From the NCBI GenBank assembly GCA_016936135.1, contig JAFGPP010000143.1, positions 1 to 44,322 of the forward strand: a stretch of 44,322 bases of DNA, given 5' to 3'. Source of the DNA: Thermoplasmatota archaeon (GTDB taxonomy: Archaea; Thermoplasmatota; E2; DHVEG-1). A model generated the notes under the pieces. It did not search any database and was not told where the DNA came from. It worked only from the letters and a program-made list of their open reading frames with translations. The translations under genes were made by a program, and so were the position numbers. Below are positions 9,799 through 19,508 of this stretch, piece by piece; the stretch's first letter is position 1, and each line of letters begins with the position of its first letter.

Positions 9799-10947
9799 TC
9801 AATCTAAATAATTGGATGCAATTAGACCTTCAGTACACCACGTTTTTTTGCCAAAGAATGACCATACCTGAATCCCTAATTCTCTCTCAAGACATTCATC
9901 TATTAGGTTTGACAGCCAACGTACTTGCAAGTCCCTTGTTTTTCCAACCCATGCAAAAGTTTCTCCAATCCAGCATCTCTCAGCACCCAACCTTGTGATG
10001 TATTTGTCTATTTGATTTGTCATAAGATTCTGAACAGCTTGTTCTGGACTAATTCCCGCTCCTAAGTCCCATTCATTTTCCCAGTAATATGGATGAGAAA
10101 TGTCCATCACGATGTTTCCTAGTCCTAAAATACCCGTTGATTCAAGGTCGTCACAGACTTCGTTGGGGTCATCGTAGCCAATTCCCATGCCTGCAACAGT
10201 TGGGAAAAATATTTTTCTTGAAGGGTCTATTTTTCGGATTTCAACAATACATTCCTTACATGCTTGCATGAACTGTTCTTTGGTGGTTACAGATGAATGC
10301 CAAGTGTATTTTGCTGGTTCATTAAAAATGTTGAAACCTGCAATTCGTGAATCTCCTTTGTAGTGTAGTGCAATTGACTTCCAGTTTTCAATCCAGTTTT
10401 GGCTTCCAAGATAGTTATAATGGTCACCAACATTGTGAAGGTCAAGTATTACTTTGACGTCTATACTATCAAATATTTCGATTACTCTATCCATCTTTTC
10501 TTCGTCATAGAGGCTATGGTGTCCGGGACTCCAATCTCCATCGTAAGCATCTGAGAATCCGAAGCCCAATCGCGCCGCATTACATTCCCACCGTGTAAAC
10601 TGATCTAAAATGCCATCACCCAACCACACGTCAGCATCATCATTTCTATAATAAATCAAGTAATCCTCACCAATAATACTAAACGGAAGAATGCCGTTTG
10701 TGGTTGGTTCGGGTTCGCTTGGTGGGGGCGAACTGGGTACGGTCGGTTCTTCAGGTTCGGGTTCGCTTGGTGGGGGCGAACTGGGTACGGTCGGTTCGGT
10801 ATATGTGATTAAACCTGAACTGGATAACGTGACTTGGTCAGTTGATTGTGAACTTACTCTGGTAGCTTGGACAAAGAAAGTAAAAAATAGCAGAACTAGT
10901 AGGCTAGTAATCTTGAAGCGTTTAGCTGTGCTTGATTTTTTTCTCAC
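9799..10947 (-). CDS. Secreted glycoside hydrolase family 5 (cellulase-like clan GH-A) with Pro-rich linker
   Basis: Basic then hydrophobic signal peptide, PSSPPPSEPEP linker, ILDLH, FNIFNEP (acid/base), SHPYY and WIGET (nucleophile). GGTGA RBS before a GTG start. Confidence 0.85.
   Translation of the reverse strand: MRKKSSTAKRFKITSLLVLLFFTFFVQATRVSSQSTDQVTLSSSGLITYTEPTVPSSPPPSEPEPEEPTVPSSPPPSEPEPTTNGILPFSIIGEDYLIYYRNDDADVWLGDGILDQFTRWECNAARLGFGFSDAYDGDWSPGHHSLYDEEKMDRVIEIFDSIDVKVILDLHNVGDHYNYLGSQNWIENWKSIALHYKGDSRIAGFNIFNEPAKYTWHSSVTTKEQFMQACKECIVEIRKIDPSRKIFFPTVAGMGIGYDDPNEVCDDLESTGILGLGNIVMDISHPYYWENEWDLGAGISPEQAVQNLMTNQIDKYITRLGAERCWIGETFAWVGKTRDLQVRWLSNLIDECLERELGIQVWSFFGKKTWCTEGLIASNYLD
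10706..10797. repeat. Tandem duplication: two identical 44-bp copies, 48-bp period, encoding EPTVPSSPPPSEPEP
   Basis: GGTTCGGGTTCGCTTGGTGGGGGCGAACTGGGTACGGTCGGTTC at 10706-10749 and 10754-10797. Confidence 0.95.
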
Positions 10948-10995
10948 TTTGTCACCATCAACTGTGTATGCTTCGAAATATTGGTATCGTAATAT

Positions 10996-11009
10996 CTCAT
11001 AAACCTTTC
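10996..11009 (-). promoter_or_regulatory. Putative BRE/TATA promoter for the GH5 gene
   Basis: Minus strand GAAAGGTTTATGAG about 50 nt upstream of GTG 10947, in the divergent intergenic region. Confidence 0.35.
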
Positions 11010-11230
11010 TGACTAGTTGTAGAACACATATACAAATCGTTATTGAGTTACAACTAGTATTTAGGGTTATTTAAGTGATCTAAAATTATTATACAGCATA
11101 AATATTAAAACTTATTTAAAAAAGATAATTGCTATACATGTCTATGAATTAAAATTAAAATGCTAATTTATCAGTGTTCAAATAACAATAAATATTTCTG
11201 ACCATTAAATGACTGTCCTTTGGGTTCTAC

Positions 11231-13411
11231 ATGCAAGTAATTAGACTTAATTCGAAAACTTTTCTATTGTTAGCTACTGTACTACAGTTAGTGCTAGCTG
11301 TTGCTATGTTTATAGACCTTCCTTTTGTTAGACAGGTTTTTGGTTTTATATATCTCTGTTTCATACCGGGATTCGCATTTCTAAGAGTGTTTATTTCTGG
11401 AAAGCTAAATTTTGTAGACATAATCCTTTTTTCCGTAGGGTTAAGTCTCACTTTCTTGATGGTGGTGGGACTATTTCTGAATTATTTAGGTTCAATAGTA
11501 ATGTCTTCACCGTTATCAACCGACCCTATAATTTTAGTTGTTAGCGTGAGTGTCTTTGTTATTTGTGTTATTAGCTACTTTAAGAACAAAGAAAGTACCT
11601 GTATATCTGCTCCAAAAAATCAAAAATTGCGCCATCTAGTGCCATATTTTATTATTCCGATATTGGCCATAATTGGATTAATACAGGGCACCGCTGTTGA
11701 AAATAATTTTCTGCTCATGGCTATAATGATACTTGTTCCACTATTGTTTATGGTAATTTTGTTTTCCAAATCGTCTTCTCTTCATTATCCTCTCTTTTTG
11801 TTTTCTATATCATTTACTCTTTTACTCATTACATTTCTTACATCTAATTATATCCAAGGATTTGACATTCATAGAGATTTCTACGTATTCAGCTCCACAA
11901 TGAAAAGCTCATATTGGGATTTATCGCTTGGTCAAGCCCTGTACTATCGTAACTATAATACGATTCATTTGTATAATTCAATGTTAACTGTTACAATATT
12001 ACCGACAATTATTTCGAATTATTTAAACATATCAGGGACTTGGGTATTCAAAATCATTTACCCGCTAATCTTTTCATTAGTACCTTTAGGTCTTTTTCAA
12101 CTTCTAAAAGGAACTTGGGGAAAAAAAATTGCTTTTGCATCGGTTTTTTTCTTCATCTCGAATGAAGTTTTTTTTAATTTTCAAAACACTGTAAAGGCAA
12201 TGGTGGCCGAATTCTTTTTTATTTTACTGTTTTTGGTTCTTTTCAAAAAAGATATTAATTCTATGAGTAAATGGATTTTTCTGGCAGCTTTTGGTTTTTC
12301 ATTGATAGTCTCTTATTATACAATGAGTTATATTTTCCTACTCATAATTTTATCAATATGGGTTTTTGCCAAGATTTTTAAAACAACTGAAAATAGACAC
12401 ATATTGCAGTTAGCTTTGGTTTTTTTCTCTGTTCTTACCTTTTCATGGTACATGTTTACGACTGTTGCACCATACATGCAGTTAGAATTGGTTTTTCGGA
12501 AAGCTTTTCAGGGGTTCTTTGAGGAACTTTTTATTCTTTCCTCAAGAGGAAGTTTAGTATCGTCTGCTATTGGGATAACTGCTCCGCCGAGTATTCTTCA
12601 TCAGGTGGCCAGAATTCTTTTTAATCTGAATTCGGGTCTGATTTTTTTGGGCTTTTTAACATTGATACTAACAAGAGGGAATGGATTTAAAAAGCGGTTT
12701 GATTCTCAATTTTTATACCTTACTAGCATTGCTATGGTGTTTTTGTTAATTTCCATAATAGTTCCCAATTTTTCTGAACTTCTTCAGATGGGTAGAATAT
12801 ATCATGTCGCATTATTGTTTTTGTCTCCCCTTTTGATTTTAGGCATTAAAACAGTCTCAAGTTTGCTTTTTGGTACTTTACATGCAAAAAGTAAACATAA
12901 AAAAGAAATCTTTAGCACGATACTGACTGCACTATTGCTTGTGTCCTTCTTTTTATTCCAAACTGGTTTCCTTTATGAAGTTGCAGGAGATCCCGTTCCA
13001 TCTTCAATTCCTCTAAGTAAATATAGAATTGACGATCGTGTTATAGTAGAGTCTGGAATGGTTAATGAACACGACTTTTTTGGTGGAACATGGTTATCTA
13101 ACTTCATAAATGCCGCTGATAAACAAGTATATTCAGATACAAGAGCTAAACTTCAGGACCTGACCATTACCATGGTCAATATAGATGATAAAGTAAACAT
13201 AATCTCTAATATTACACAGTTTTCGTCCCAGTCATATGTTTTCTTGAGTCACTACAATACTCAGAGTGGCGTATTAATTTACAACACAGTTTACCCGAAT
13301 AACATAACATTCTCGGTCAGTAGTTTTCCAATTTTTAATTCCACAACAGAAATAAACAATAAAATATATTCAAATGGTGGCTGTGAAATCTATCAATATT
13401 ATGGACCTTAA
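11231..13411 (+). CDS. DUF2206 domain multi-pass membrane protein
   Basis: RQVFGFIYLCFIPG, SVGLSL.FLM..GL, G.DIH, SMLTVTILP, FKIIYPLIFSLVPL, FFLFQTGF.YEV.GD.P.S and KIYSNGG. Many TM segments. Confidence 0.85.
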   Translation: MQVIRLNSKTFLLLATVLQLVLAVAMFIDLPFVRQVFGFIYLCFIPGFAFLRVFISGKLNFVDIILFSVGLSLTFLMVVGLFLNYLGSIVMSSPLSTDPIILVVSVSVFVICVISYFKNKESTCISAPKNQKLRHLVPYFIIPILAIIGLIQGTAVENNFLLMAIMILVPLLFMVILFSKSSSLHYPLFLFSISFTLLLITFLTSNYIQGFDIHRDFYVFSSTMKSSYWDLSLGQALYYRNYNTIHLYNSMLTVTILPTIISNYLNISGTWVFKIIYPLIFSLVPLGLFQLLKGTWGKKIAFASVFFFISNEVFFNFQNTVKAMVAEFFFILLFLVLFKKDINSMSKWIFLAAFGFSLIVSYYTMSYIFLLIILSIWVFAKIFKTTENRHILQLALVFFSVLTFSWYMFTTVAPYMQLELVFRKAFQGFFEELFILSSRGSLVSSAIGITAPPSILHQVARILFNLNSGLIFLGFLTLILTRGNGFKKRFDSQFLYLTSIAMVFLLISIIVPNFSELLQMGRIYHVALLFLSPLLILGIKTVSSLLFGTLHAKSKHKKEIFSTILTALLLVSFFLFQTGFLYEVAGDPVPSSIPLSKYRIDDRVIVESGMVNEHDFFGGTWLSNFINAADKQVYSDTRAKLQDLTITMVNIDDKVNIISNITQFSSQSYVFLSHYNTQSGVLIYNTVYPNNITFSVSSFPIFNSTTEINNKIYSNGGCEIYQYYGP

Positions 13412-13553
13412 TTAACAGATGTTTTAAATAACTCATCAGGAGCGTAATATTAAATGCCTAACGTTGTAATTAGCCCTCCTCAATCTGGTCTTTGAACTCA
13501 AACTATTTTCAGTAAGTGTAAACAAAATTTGAATATTAATGGAGTAGATTTAT

Positions 13554-14654
13554 GTGAAAATTGGTGTTTTTCATCCAGGTATAAACAATTGTGGGGGATC
13601 TGACTGGGTTGCAATTAAGACCATTCAATCTTTAAATGAACATGGTCATCAAGTAATAATATTGACTGACTCTAAATTGAACCCGAACCGCTTTAGCCAA
13701 ATATTTAATACTGAAGTAAAAGTGGATCGTGAGATAATTTTTCCATTACCCTTTTCACCATTTTCTCCAGGAGACTGGCATAATGTCTATTTCGATTATA
13801 TTCGTACCAAAATGTTGAAATCAAAATGTGACGTTTTGATTGATACTTATTCAAACTCTATATTATCTGAAAATTATATTGTATATTTCCATTATCCGAT
13901 TTTACGAGCATTAAAAGAAGATTTTCCATACATAAAAAACAGCATATATTATTCTTTACATAGACAACTAATAAAATCTTCAAAAGAAAAGGCAACTGAT
14001 CAACTTTTATTTGCCAATAGTGAATTCACAAAAAAAGCAATAGAAAAAGAATTCAATGTAACTCCCCATGTTTTATATCCCCCTGTCTCGAATTATCTGT
14101 TGGATCGTAATAGAATACAATCTAACCCCGAAAGAAAAAACACGGTTCTTACAATCAGTAGGTTTGACCCCGATAAGAATCTAGAAATTATTCCACATAT
14201 AGCTAAACGCAGTCACAATTCTACCTCTTTTATTATTGCAGGTCTTCTTAACTCAAAAAAGACGTTAATGTCACTTCGTAGATTGATAAAGGATCTAGAT
14301 GTAGAGTCCAAAGTTACGCTTATTCCCGATATCTCAAGAACTAGTCTAAGAAATATCTTGTTTGATTGTAAAGTGTATTTGCACACCAAAGTTAACGAGC
14401 ATTTTGGCATAGCAATAATTGAAGCTATGGCTTCTGGTTGTTTGCCGATCGTACATAATTCAGGAGGGCCGAAAGAATTTGTCCCCAGTAAATTCCGATT
14501 TGATACAATTGAAGAAGCCGCTAATAAAATCGATGGGGCCATAGAAAGCTGGTCTCTAACTGAATCAAAAAGAACTTCAGAATCAACAGAGAAGTTCAGT
14601 GAGAGTAACTTTTCTAAACATTTTTTTGAAATTTTTAACTCATATTATGGGTAG
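13554..14654 (+). CDS. GT4 glycosyltransferase, ALG11-like
   Basis: FHP...GGSDWV, YFHYP, ANSEFT, LYPPV, ISRFDPDKN and NEHFGIAIIEAMASG..PIVHNSGGP. Confidence 0.88.
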   Translation: MKIGVFHPGINNCGGSDWVAIKTIQSLNEHGHQVIILTDSKLNPNRFSQIFNTEVKVDREIIFPLPFSPFSPGDWHNVYFDYIRTKMLKSKCDVLIDTYSNSILSENYIVYFHYPILRALKEDFPYIKNSIYYSLHRQLIKSSKEKATDQLLFANSEFTKKAIEKEFNVTPHVLYPPVSNYLLDRNRIQSNPERKNTVLTISRFDPDKNLEIIPHIAKRSHNSTSFIIAGLLNSKKTLMSLRRLIKDLDVESKVTLIPDISRTSLRNILFDCKVYLHTKVNEHFGIAIIEAMASGCLPIVHNSGGPKEFVPSKFRFDTIEEAANKIDGAIESWSLTESKRTSESTEKFSESNFSKHFFEIFNSYYG

Positions 14655-14740
14655 TAATTGTTTTTTGATAAATATTTAGCTCAATCATTTGTACCACAGT
14701 AAATGTGTTTCATAATCGACGACTTAAATGAGAGATTGAA

Positions 14741-15628
14741 TTGGACTCAAATTTTTCCGATAACGCACCAATACCTTTTGTATCTATTGTTGTTCTAACA
14801 TTCAATAGAAAGAAGTTACTTAAGAATTGTCTAAAATCTTTGACCAAACTAAATTACCCGAAATCAAATTTCGAAATTATTGTTGTCGATGGAGATTCAA
14901 AAGATGGAACTATCGAAATGATTAAAACAAAGTATCCAAATGTCCGCCTTATTTTAGAAAAAAGAAAAGGACGACCGATCGCCAGAAATACTGGTTGGAA
15001 AAGTGCTAGAGGTCAAATAGTTGCTTACACTGATGATGATTGCACTGTCAATGCTAATTGGTTAAAAATACTTCTATCCGGATTTGATTCATGTGACACT
15101 GGTGCGGTTGGGGGACCATTGCTTTTAGTAAATCAACCAAATTCAATTCGTGAAAAATTCAAAGGAACACCAGTAGGCGATTTTTATTTAGGGAACAAAC
15201 GACTCAATACCAAAGAATTAGTTACAGCCAATGTTGCTGTTAGCCGTGAGGTTTTTAAAAAAAATGGATTTGATGAATCTCTGGTGTATGATATGGAGGA
15301 CATCGACTTTTCCCAAAGCCTTATTGAGGCAGGATATAAATGCAAATATTTTCCTCAAGCCGAGGTGTATCATCACATAAATCCTATGAGACTAACTGTT
15401 AATTCAGTTTTGAAAAAAGCTTTGTTTGCTGGCATTAGTTTGTATATTTTTGAGCGAAAAAGAACTAATGGATTTTTAACTGGCTGGCTATTTAGGAAAT
15501 CTTTGGCTGGATATTATAATTTTCTTTTGAAAAGAAAACTTGGAAACCTTTTTTGGTTTCTTAAATGTTTTGTCGCGTTTTTGACTTCCATTTTTTGTTT
15601 GCCATATTATTATAGAGAATGTCATTGA
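14741..15628 (+). CDS. GT2 glycosyltransferase
   Basis: VSIVVLTFNR, VVDGDSKDGT, ARNTG, YTDDDC and EDIDF. Confidence 0.92.
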   Translation: MDSNFSDNAPIPFVSIVVLTFNRKKLLKNCLKSLTKLNYPKSNFEIIVVDGDSKDGTIEMIKTKYPNVRLILEKRKGRPIARNTGWKSARGQIVAYTDDDCTVNANWLKILLSGFDSCDTGAVGGPLLLVNQPNSIREKFKGTPVGDFYLGNKRLNTKELVTANVAVSREVFKKNGFDESLVYDMEDIDFSQSLIEAGYKCKYFPQAEVYHHINPMRLTVNSVLKKALFAGISLYIFERKRTNGFLTGWLFRKSLAGYYNFLLKRKLGNLFWFLKCFVAFLTSIFCLPYYYRECH

Positions 15629-15983
15629 CAGACTGAAAGTTGATAAATTTGTAACGCATAAAATCTTACCAAAAGCTATAGGTGAATTAGAGCGAGTCGC
15701 AAAATCTACAGCGGTGTTTATTATTACTGAAGGGCAACTACGGGCTTATATGCAAACGTAATGCTTTCATGCTATAGAACATAATTTAAAATGTTCCATT
15801 CTTAAATTAACAAAAATCTTTTGACAGAACTTTAGAAGAAATTGATGCTAAAATCAAGGCGAAGTCATGAGATTTGAGCAAAATGTTAAGTAACGTTCAA
15901 GAAATTGAAATTATTCAAGCTCTATTGTGTATTAAATTAAGATTAGTTGTCGTATCTCGTTTAAGGAAATGTGGGTACTCATA

Positions 15984-16922
15984 ATGGTTACTAAAAAACC
16001 GCGTTTAAGCATTGGCTTGCCTGTGTATAATGGTGAGTCTCATATACAAGAAGCGATAGCTTCTATATTGGATCAAGCTTATGAAGATTTTGAACTTATC
16101 ATTTCTGATAATGGTTCAATAGATAAAACTCAACAGATATGCAGTGAATATGCGGAAAAAGATAGTCGTGTGAAATATTTTCGAAATGAAAAAAATTTTG
16201 GGGCTGCATGGAATTTTAATCATGTTTTTGAGTTATCCTCGGGGGAATTTTTTAAGTGGGCTGCTAGCGATGATGTTATTGCTCCAGAGTTTTTAACTCG
16301 ATGTATAAATGTTCTTGAGCAAACTCCATCGATATTGTTATGTCATTCTAAAACAGGGAAGATAAATCAATTTGGTGAAGTTGTTGGGGAGTACAATTTT
16401 GAATTAATCAATGATTCCGAGAAACCTCATGAACGTTTTAGAGAGATGTTAAACAGGAAAGGTTTTCCTTGGATAATTTTTGGGGTCTTCCGAACAAATG
16501 CGTTAAAAAAGACAACTGTTTTTGGAGATTATATCGGGTCGGACTGGAATCTGCTTGTAGAAATAAGCCTTCTGGGGCGAATAGTTCAAATTCCTGAATG
16601 TTATTTTTTTCGTAGAGATCATTCAGGCTCATACACAACTAAACATTATGGAAAATTTATTGATGTAATCGATTATCGTTCGGAATCAAGATGGTGGACT
16701 GGAAATGAGGCAAGCAATCTAATTGTGTTGCCGTATTGGAAACATTGTTTTGAATTTTTCAGGTCCATCAATAAGGCTGAAATGAGTTGGGTTGAGAAAA
16801 AATTGTGTTACGACGAAATTTTAAGATGGGTTCTTATGGATGGTAAAAATTTAATGAAATGGGACATAGCCAATGAATTACAGCTTTGCCGTATCGCTAT
16901 AAATAAGAGAGCATCTAAATAA
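15984..16922 (+). CDS. GT2 glycosyltransferase
   Basis: PRLSIGLPVYNGE, ISDNGSID, GAAWNFN and FKWAASDD. Alternative start at 15969. Confidence 0.92.
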   Translation: MVTKKPRLSIGLPVYNGESHIQEAIASILDQAYEDFELIISDNGSIDKTQQICSEYAEKDSRVKYFRNEKNFGAAWNFNHVFELSSGEFFKWAASDDVIAPEFLTRCINVLEQTPSILLCHSKTGKINQFGEVVGEYNFELINDSEKPHERFREMLNRKGFPWIIFGVFRTNALKKTTVFGDYIGSDWNLLVEISLLGRIVQIPECYFFRRDHSGSYTTKHYGKFIDVIDYRSESRWWTGNEASNLIVLPYWKHCFEFFRSINKAEMSWVEKKLCYDEILRWVLMDGKNLMKWDIANELQLCRIAINKRASK

Positions 16923-17101
16923 CAGGATTAACTAAAAAATTAATTTAATAAAATAATTTCGATTAAGATATGATAATTTATGCTGAGTTATTTTAAAATA
17001 TTGGTTTAAAATAAATGGCTTTACATGTGAGATTTTGGAATTATTTACAATTTTTTTTAGCGTATTAAAGTTTAAAATTCGATATATTTCGAGGCCAGAG
17101 T

Positions 17102-17114
17102 GAAACCTTAATAT
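17102..17114 (+). promoter_or_regulatory. Putative BRE/TATA promoter for the SDR/C-methyltransferase operon
   Basis: GAAACCTTAATAT about 43 nt before ATG 17157, with an AAGGAG RBS downstream. Confidence 0.35.
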
Positions 17115-17156
17115 CTCATACGTACCGAAAGGATGTCAGAAGGAGAGCTATGACTA

Positions 17157-18203
17157 ATGCGTGTTTTAATAACGGGGCATAAGGGCTACATCGGAAGCGT
17201 TATGGTGCCTATGTTCCAAGCTGAAGGGTATGATGTTGTTGGACTTGATAGTGATCTCTTTGATGGTTGCATTTTTGGTGATTCATCCATCTGTAATGGT
17301 ATCCCAAATATTCCATATATGCGAAAAGACATTCGTGATGTAAAGCTTTCTGATCTAAAAAATATTGATGCAGTTGTTCATCTTTGTGCTTTATCAAATG
17401 ATCCGCTTGGAAATTTTAATCCAGAAGTGACTTTTGAGATAAATTATAAAGCTTCAGTTAAACTAGCTAAACTAGCGAAAAAGGCTGGAGTGCACCGATA
17501 TCTTTACACTTCATCTTGCAGTGTCTATGGAGCTGCTGGTACGGAAATTGTTGATGAAACTTCTAAACCAAATCCTGTTACTCCTTATGGATCATCTAAA
17601 GCAAAATCCGAAAAAGAGATTTCAAAATTAGCTGATAATGATTTTAGCCCAACGTTTTTCCGTCCGGCAACAGCCTACGGAGTATCTCCGATGCTAAGAT
17701 TTGATTTGGTTCTCAACAATCTAGTTGCATGGGCATATACTACTGGAATTGTTTTACTGAAAAGTGATGGTACAGCTTGGCGACCAATTGTTCATATTGA
17801 AGATATATCTAGAGCTTTTTTGGCTGCACTTGACAGTCCCCCTGATTTAATTCATAATCAGATTTTTAATGTTGGGATCACTGAGGAGAATTATAGAGTT
17901 CGAGAGCTTGCAAATATCGCAAAAGAAACTGTTCCTAATTCCAAAATTAACTTTGCTAAAGATGCCGACGCTGATAAGCGGTCTTATAGGGTTGATTTCA
18001 GCAAAATAGCCACTAAGTTGCCAAATTATAAACCGAAATGGAACGCACATCTAGGAGCAAAACAACTGTATGAGACATATAAAAAAGTTGGTTTCAATCT
18101 TAATGATTTTGAAGGGCCTAGATATAGACGGATTTCATATCTTGAAAACGCTGTTAGTAATGGTTCTTTTGATAACAAGTTACGTAGATCAAGGGAGTCG
18201 TAG
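17157..18203 (+). CDS. Extended SDR NAD-dependent epimerase/dehydratase acting on an NDP-sugar
   Basis: [39 protein letters not shown] and [10 protein letters not shown]. Confidence 0.9.
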   Translation: MRVLITGHKGYIGSVMVPMFQAEGYDVVGLDSDLFDGCIFGDSSICNGIPNIPYMRKDIRDVKLSDLKNIDAVVHLCALSNDPLGNFNPEVTFEINYKASVKLAKLAKKAGVHRYLYTSSCSVYGAAGTEIVDETSKPNPVTPYGSSKAKSEKEISKLADNDFSPTFFRPATAYGVSPMLRFDLVLNNLVAWAYTTGIVLLKSDGTAWRPIVHIEDISRAFLAALDSPPDLIHNQIFNVGITEENYRVRELANIAKETVPNSKINFAKDADADKRSYRVDFSKIATKLPNYKPKWNAHLGAKQLYETYKKVGFNLNDFEGPRYRRISYLENAVSNGSFDNKLRRSRES

Positions 18204-18205
18204 CG

Positions 18206-19447
18206 ATGAAAACAAAAAATTATGAAAAAATTTCGAGATGCCGATCGTGTGGAAATGTTGATATTAAATCCATCATGTGTTTCGGAAAAACTCCGTTAGC
18301 TGATGCATTGTTAACGCGAGATCAACTTGAAAAGCCAGAAATATTAGTGCCATTAACTCTTGCCTTCTGTCCAGAATGTAGCCTTGTTCAAATACTCGAA
18401 ACTGTAGATCCTGAAATTCTCTTCTGTCGAGATTATCCATATTTTTCCTCTACATCACAGGCATATCTATCTCATTCAAGAGAAAATGCTCAAGAATTAA
18501 TTGAGTTACGGAATTTGGATTCTACAAGCTTAGTAATTGAGCCAGCTTGCAATGACGGATACATGCTTAAAAATTTTGTCCAGCATGGGATTTCAGCTAT
18601 AGGAATTGATCCTGCTAGTGAGCCCCTAAAGGAGGCAAAAAAAGCAGGTATTAAAACTCTTAATGCGTTCTTTTCTAAAGAACTTTCTAATGAGCTTCGG
18701 AAAAAAGGAGTTCAGGCTGATGTTTTGATTGCGAATAATGTTTTAGCACATGTTGCAGATCTTAATGGTTTTGTAGAAGCTATTCAAAAGATTTTGAAGG
18801 TTGATGGAGTAGCTGTTATAGAAGTTCCTTATGTAGTTGACTTAATAACTAACCTTGAGTTTGATACAATCTATCATCAACATCTTTGTTATTTCTCGCT
18901 AAAAGCTCTTGACCATTTGTTTAGAAGCCACTCTTTGTACATTAATGATGTCAAGCATTTGCCTATTCATGGAGGTTCATTAAGAATATACGTTGAACCG
19001 AAGGAGAATGTTGGAGATTCGGTAAAATCAATGTTGAAAAATGAAGAATCTAAAGGAGTTGACAAGTTCATTTATTATAAAGACTTTGCCACACATATTC
19101 GCGAATTGCGAGAATCGATAATGGCTATTCTTCATGATTTTAAGCAGCAAGGAAGGAACATTGCTGCCTACGGAGCGGCGGCTAAAGCAACGACCTTCCT
19201 GAGTTATTTTGGAATTGACAAGAAAATTGTTGATTATATTGTTGACTTAAATCCTTTCAAACACGGTCGTTATATGGGTGGAAATCATTTGCCAATATTT
19301 TCTACAACAAGACTTTTGGATGAAATGCCTGATTATGTTTTATTGCTTACTTGGAATTTTGCGGAGGAAATATTAAGCCAACAGCAATCTTATCGCCAAA
19401 ATGGAGGCAAATTCATAATCCCCATTCCGAAACCTAAGATTGTATAA
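18206..19447 (+). CDS. NDP-hexose C3-methyltransferase (TcaB9/TylC3-like, zinc-binding)
   Basis: CRSC...CPEC zinc site, [44 protein letters not shown] and GGKFIIPIP. Confidence 0.9.
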   Translation: MKTKNYEKISRCRSCGNVDIKSIMCFGKTPLADALLTRDQLEKPEILVPLTLAFCPECSLVQILETVDPEILFCRDYPYFSSTSQAYLSHSRENAQELIELRNLDSTSLVIEPACNDGYMLKNFVQHGISAIGIDPASEPLKEAKKAGIKTLNAFFSKELSNELRKKGVQADVLIANNVLAHVADLNGFVEAIQKILKVDGVAVIEVPYVVDLITNLEFDTIYHQHLCYFSLKALDHLFRSHSLYINDVKHLPIHGGSLRIYVEPKENVGDSVKSMLKNEESKGVDKFIYYKDFATHIRELRESIMAILHDFKQQGRNIAAYGAAAKATTFLSYFGIDKKIVDYIVDLNPFKHGRYMGGNHLPIFSTTRLLDEMPDYVLLLTWNFAEEILSQQQSYRQNGGKFIIPIPKPKIV

Positions 19448-19508
19448 TATTCTCCATCATCTTTCTATTTTCTGTCTATTTTTGTCCTCCTTTGGAACGG
19501 TAATATAC

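Noticed and set aside
10706-10797. Direct repeats as a possible CRISPR array
   Set aside because: Only two copies, 4 nt apart, in-frame within a CDS, with no spacers or cas genes.
10691-11002. Gly-rich 103-aa + strand ORF with a repeated GSGSLGGGELG
   Set aside because: It is the antisense shadow of the Pro-rich linker and signal peptide of the GH5 gene.
19440-19508. Hydrophobic N-terminal extension of the GT4 ORF as a membrane anchor
   Set aside because: It overlaps the upstream gene end and is T-rich intergenic-like sequence. The GT4 fold begins at LKIAIV (TTG 19509).
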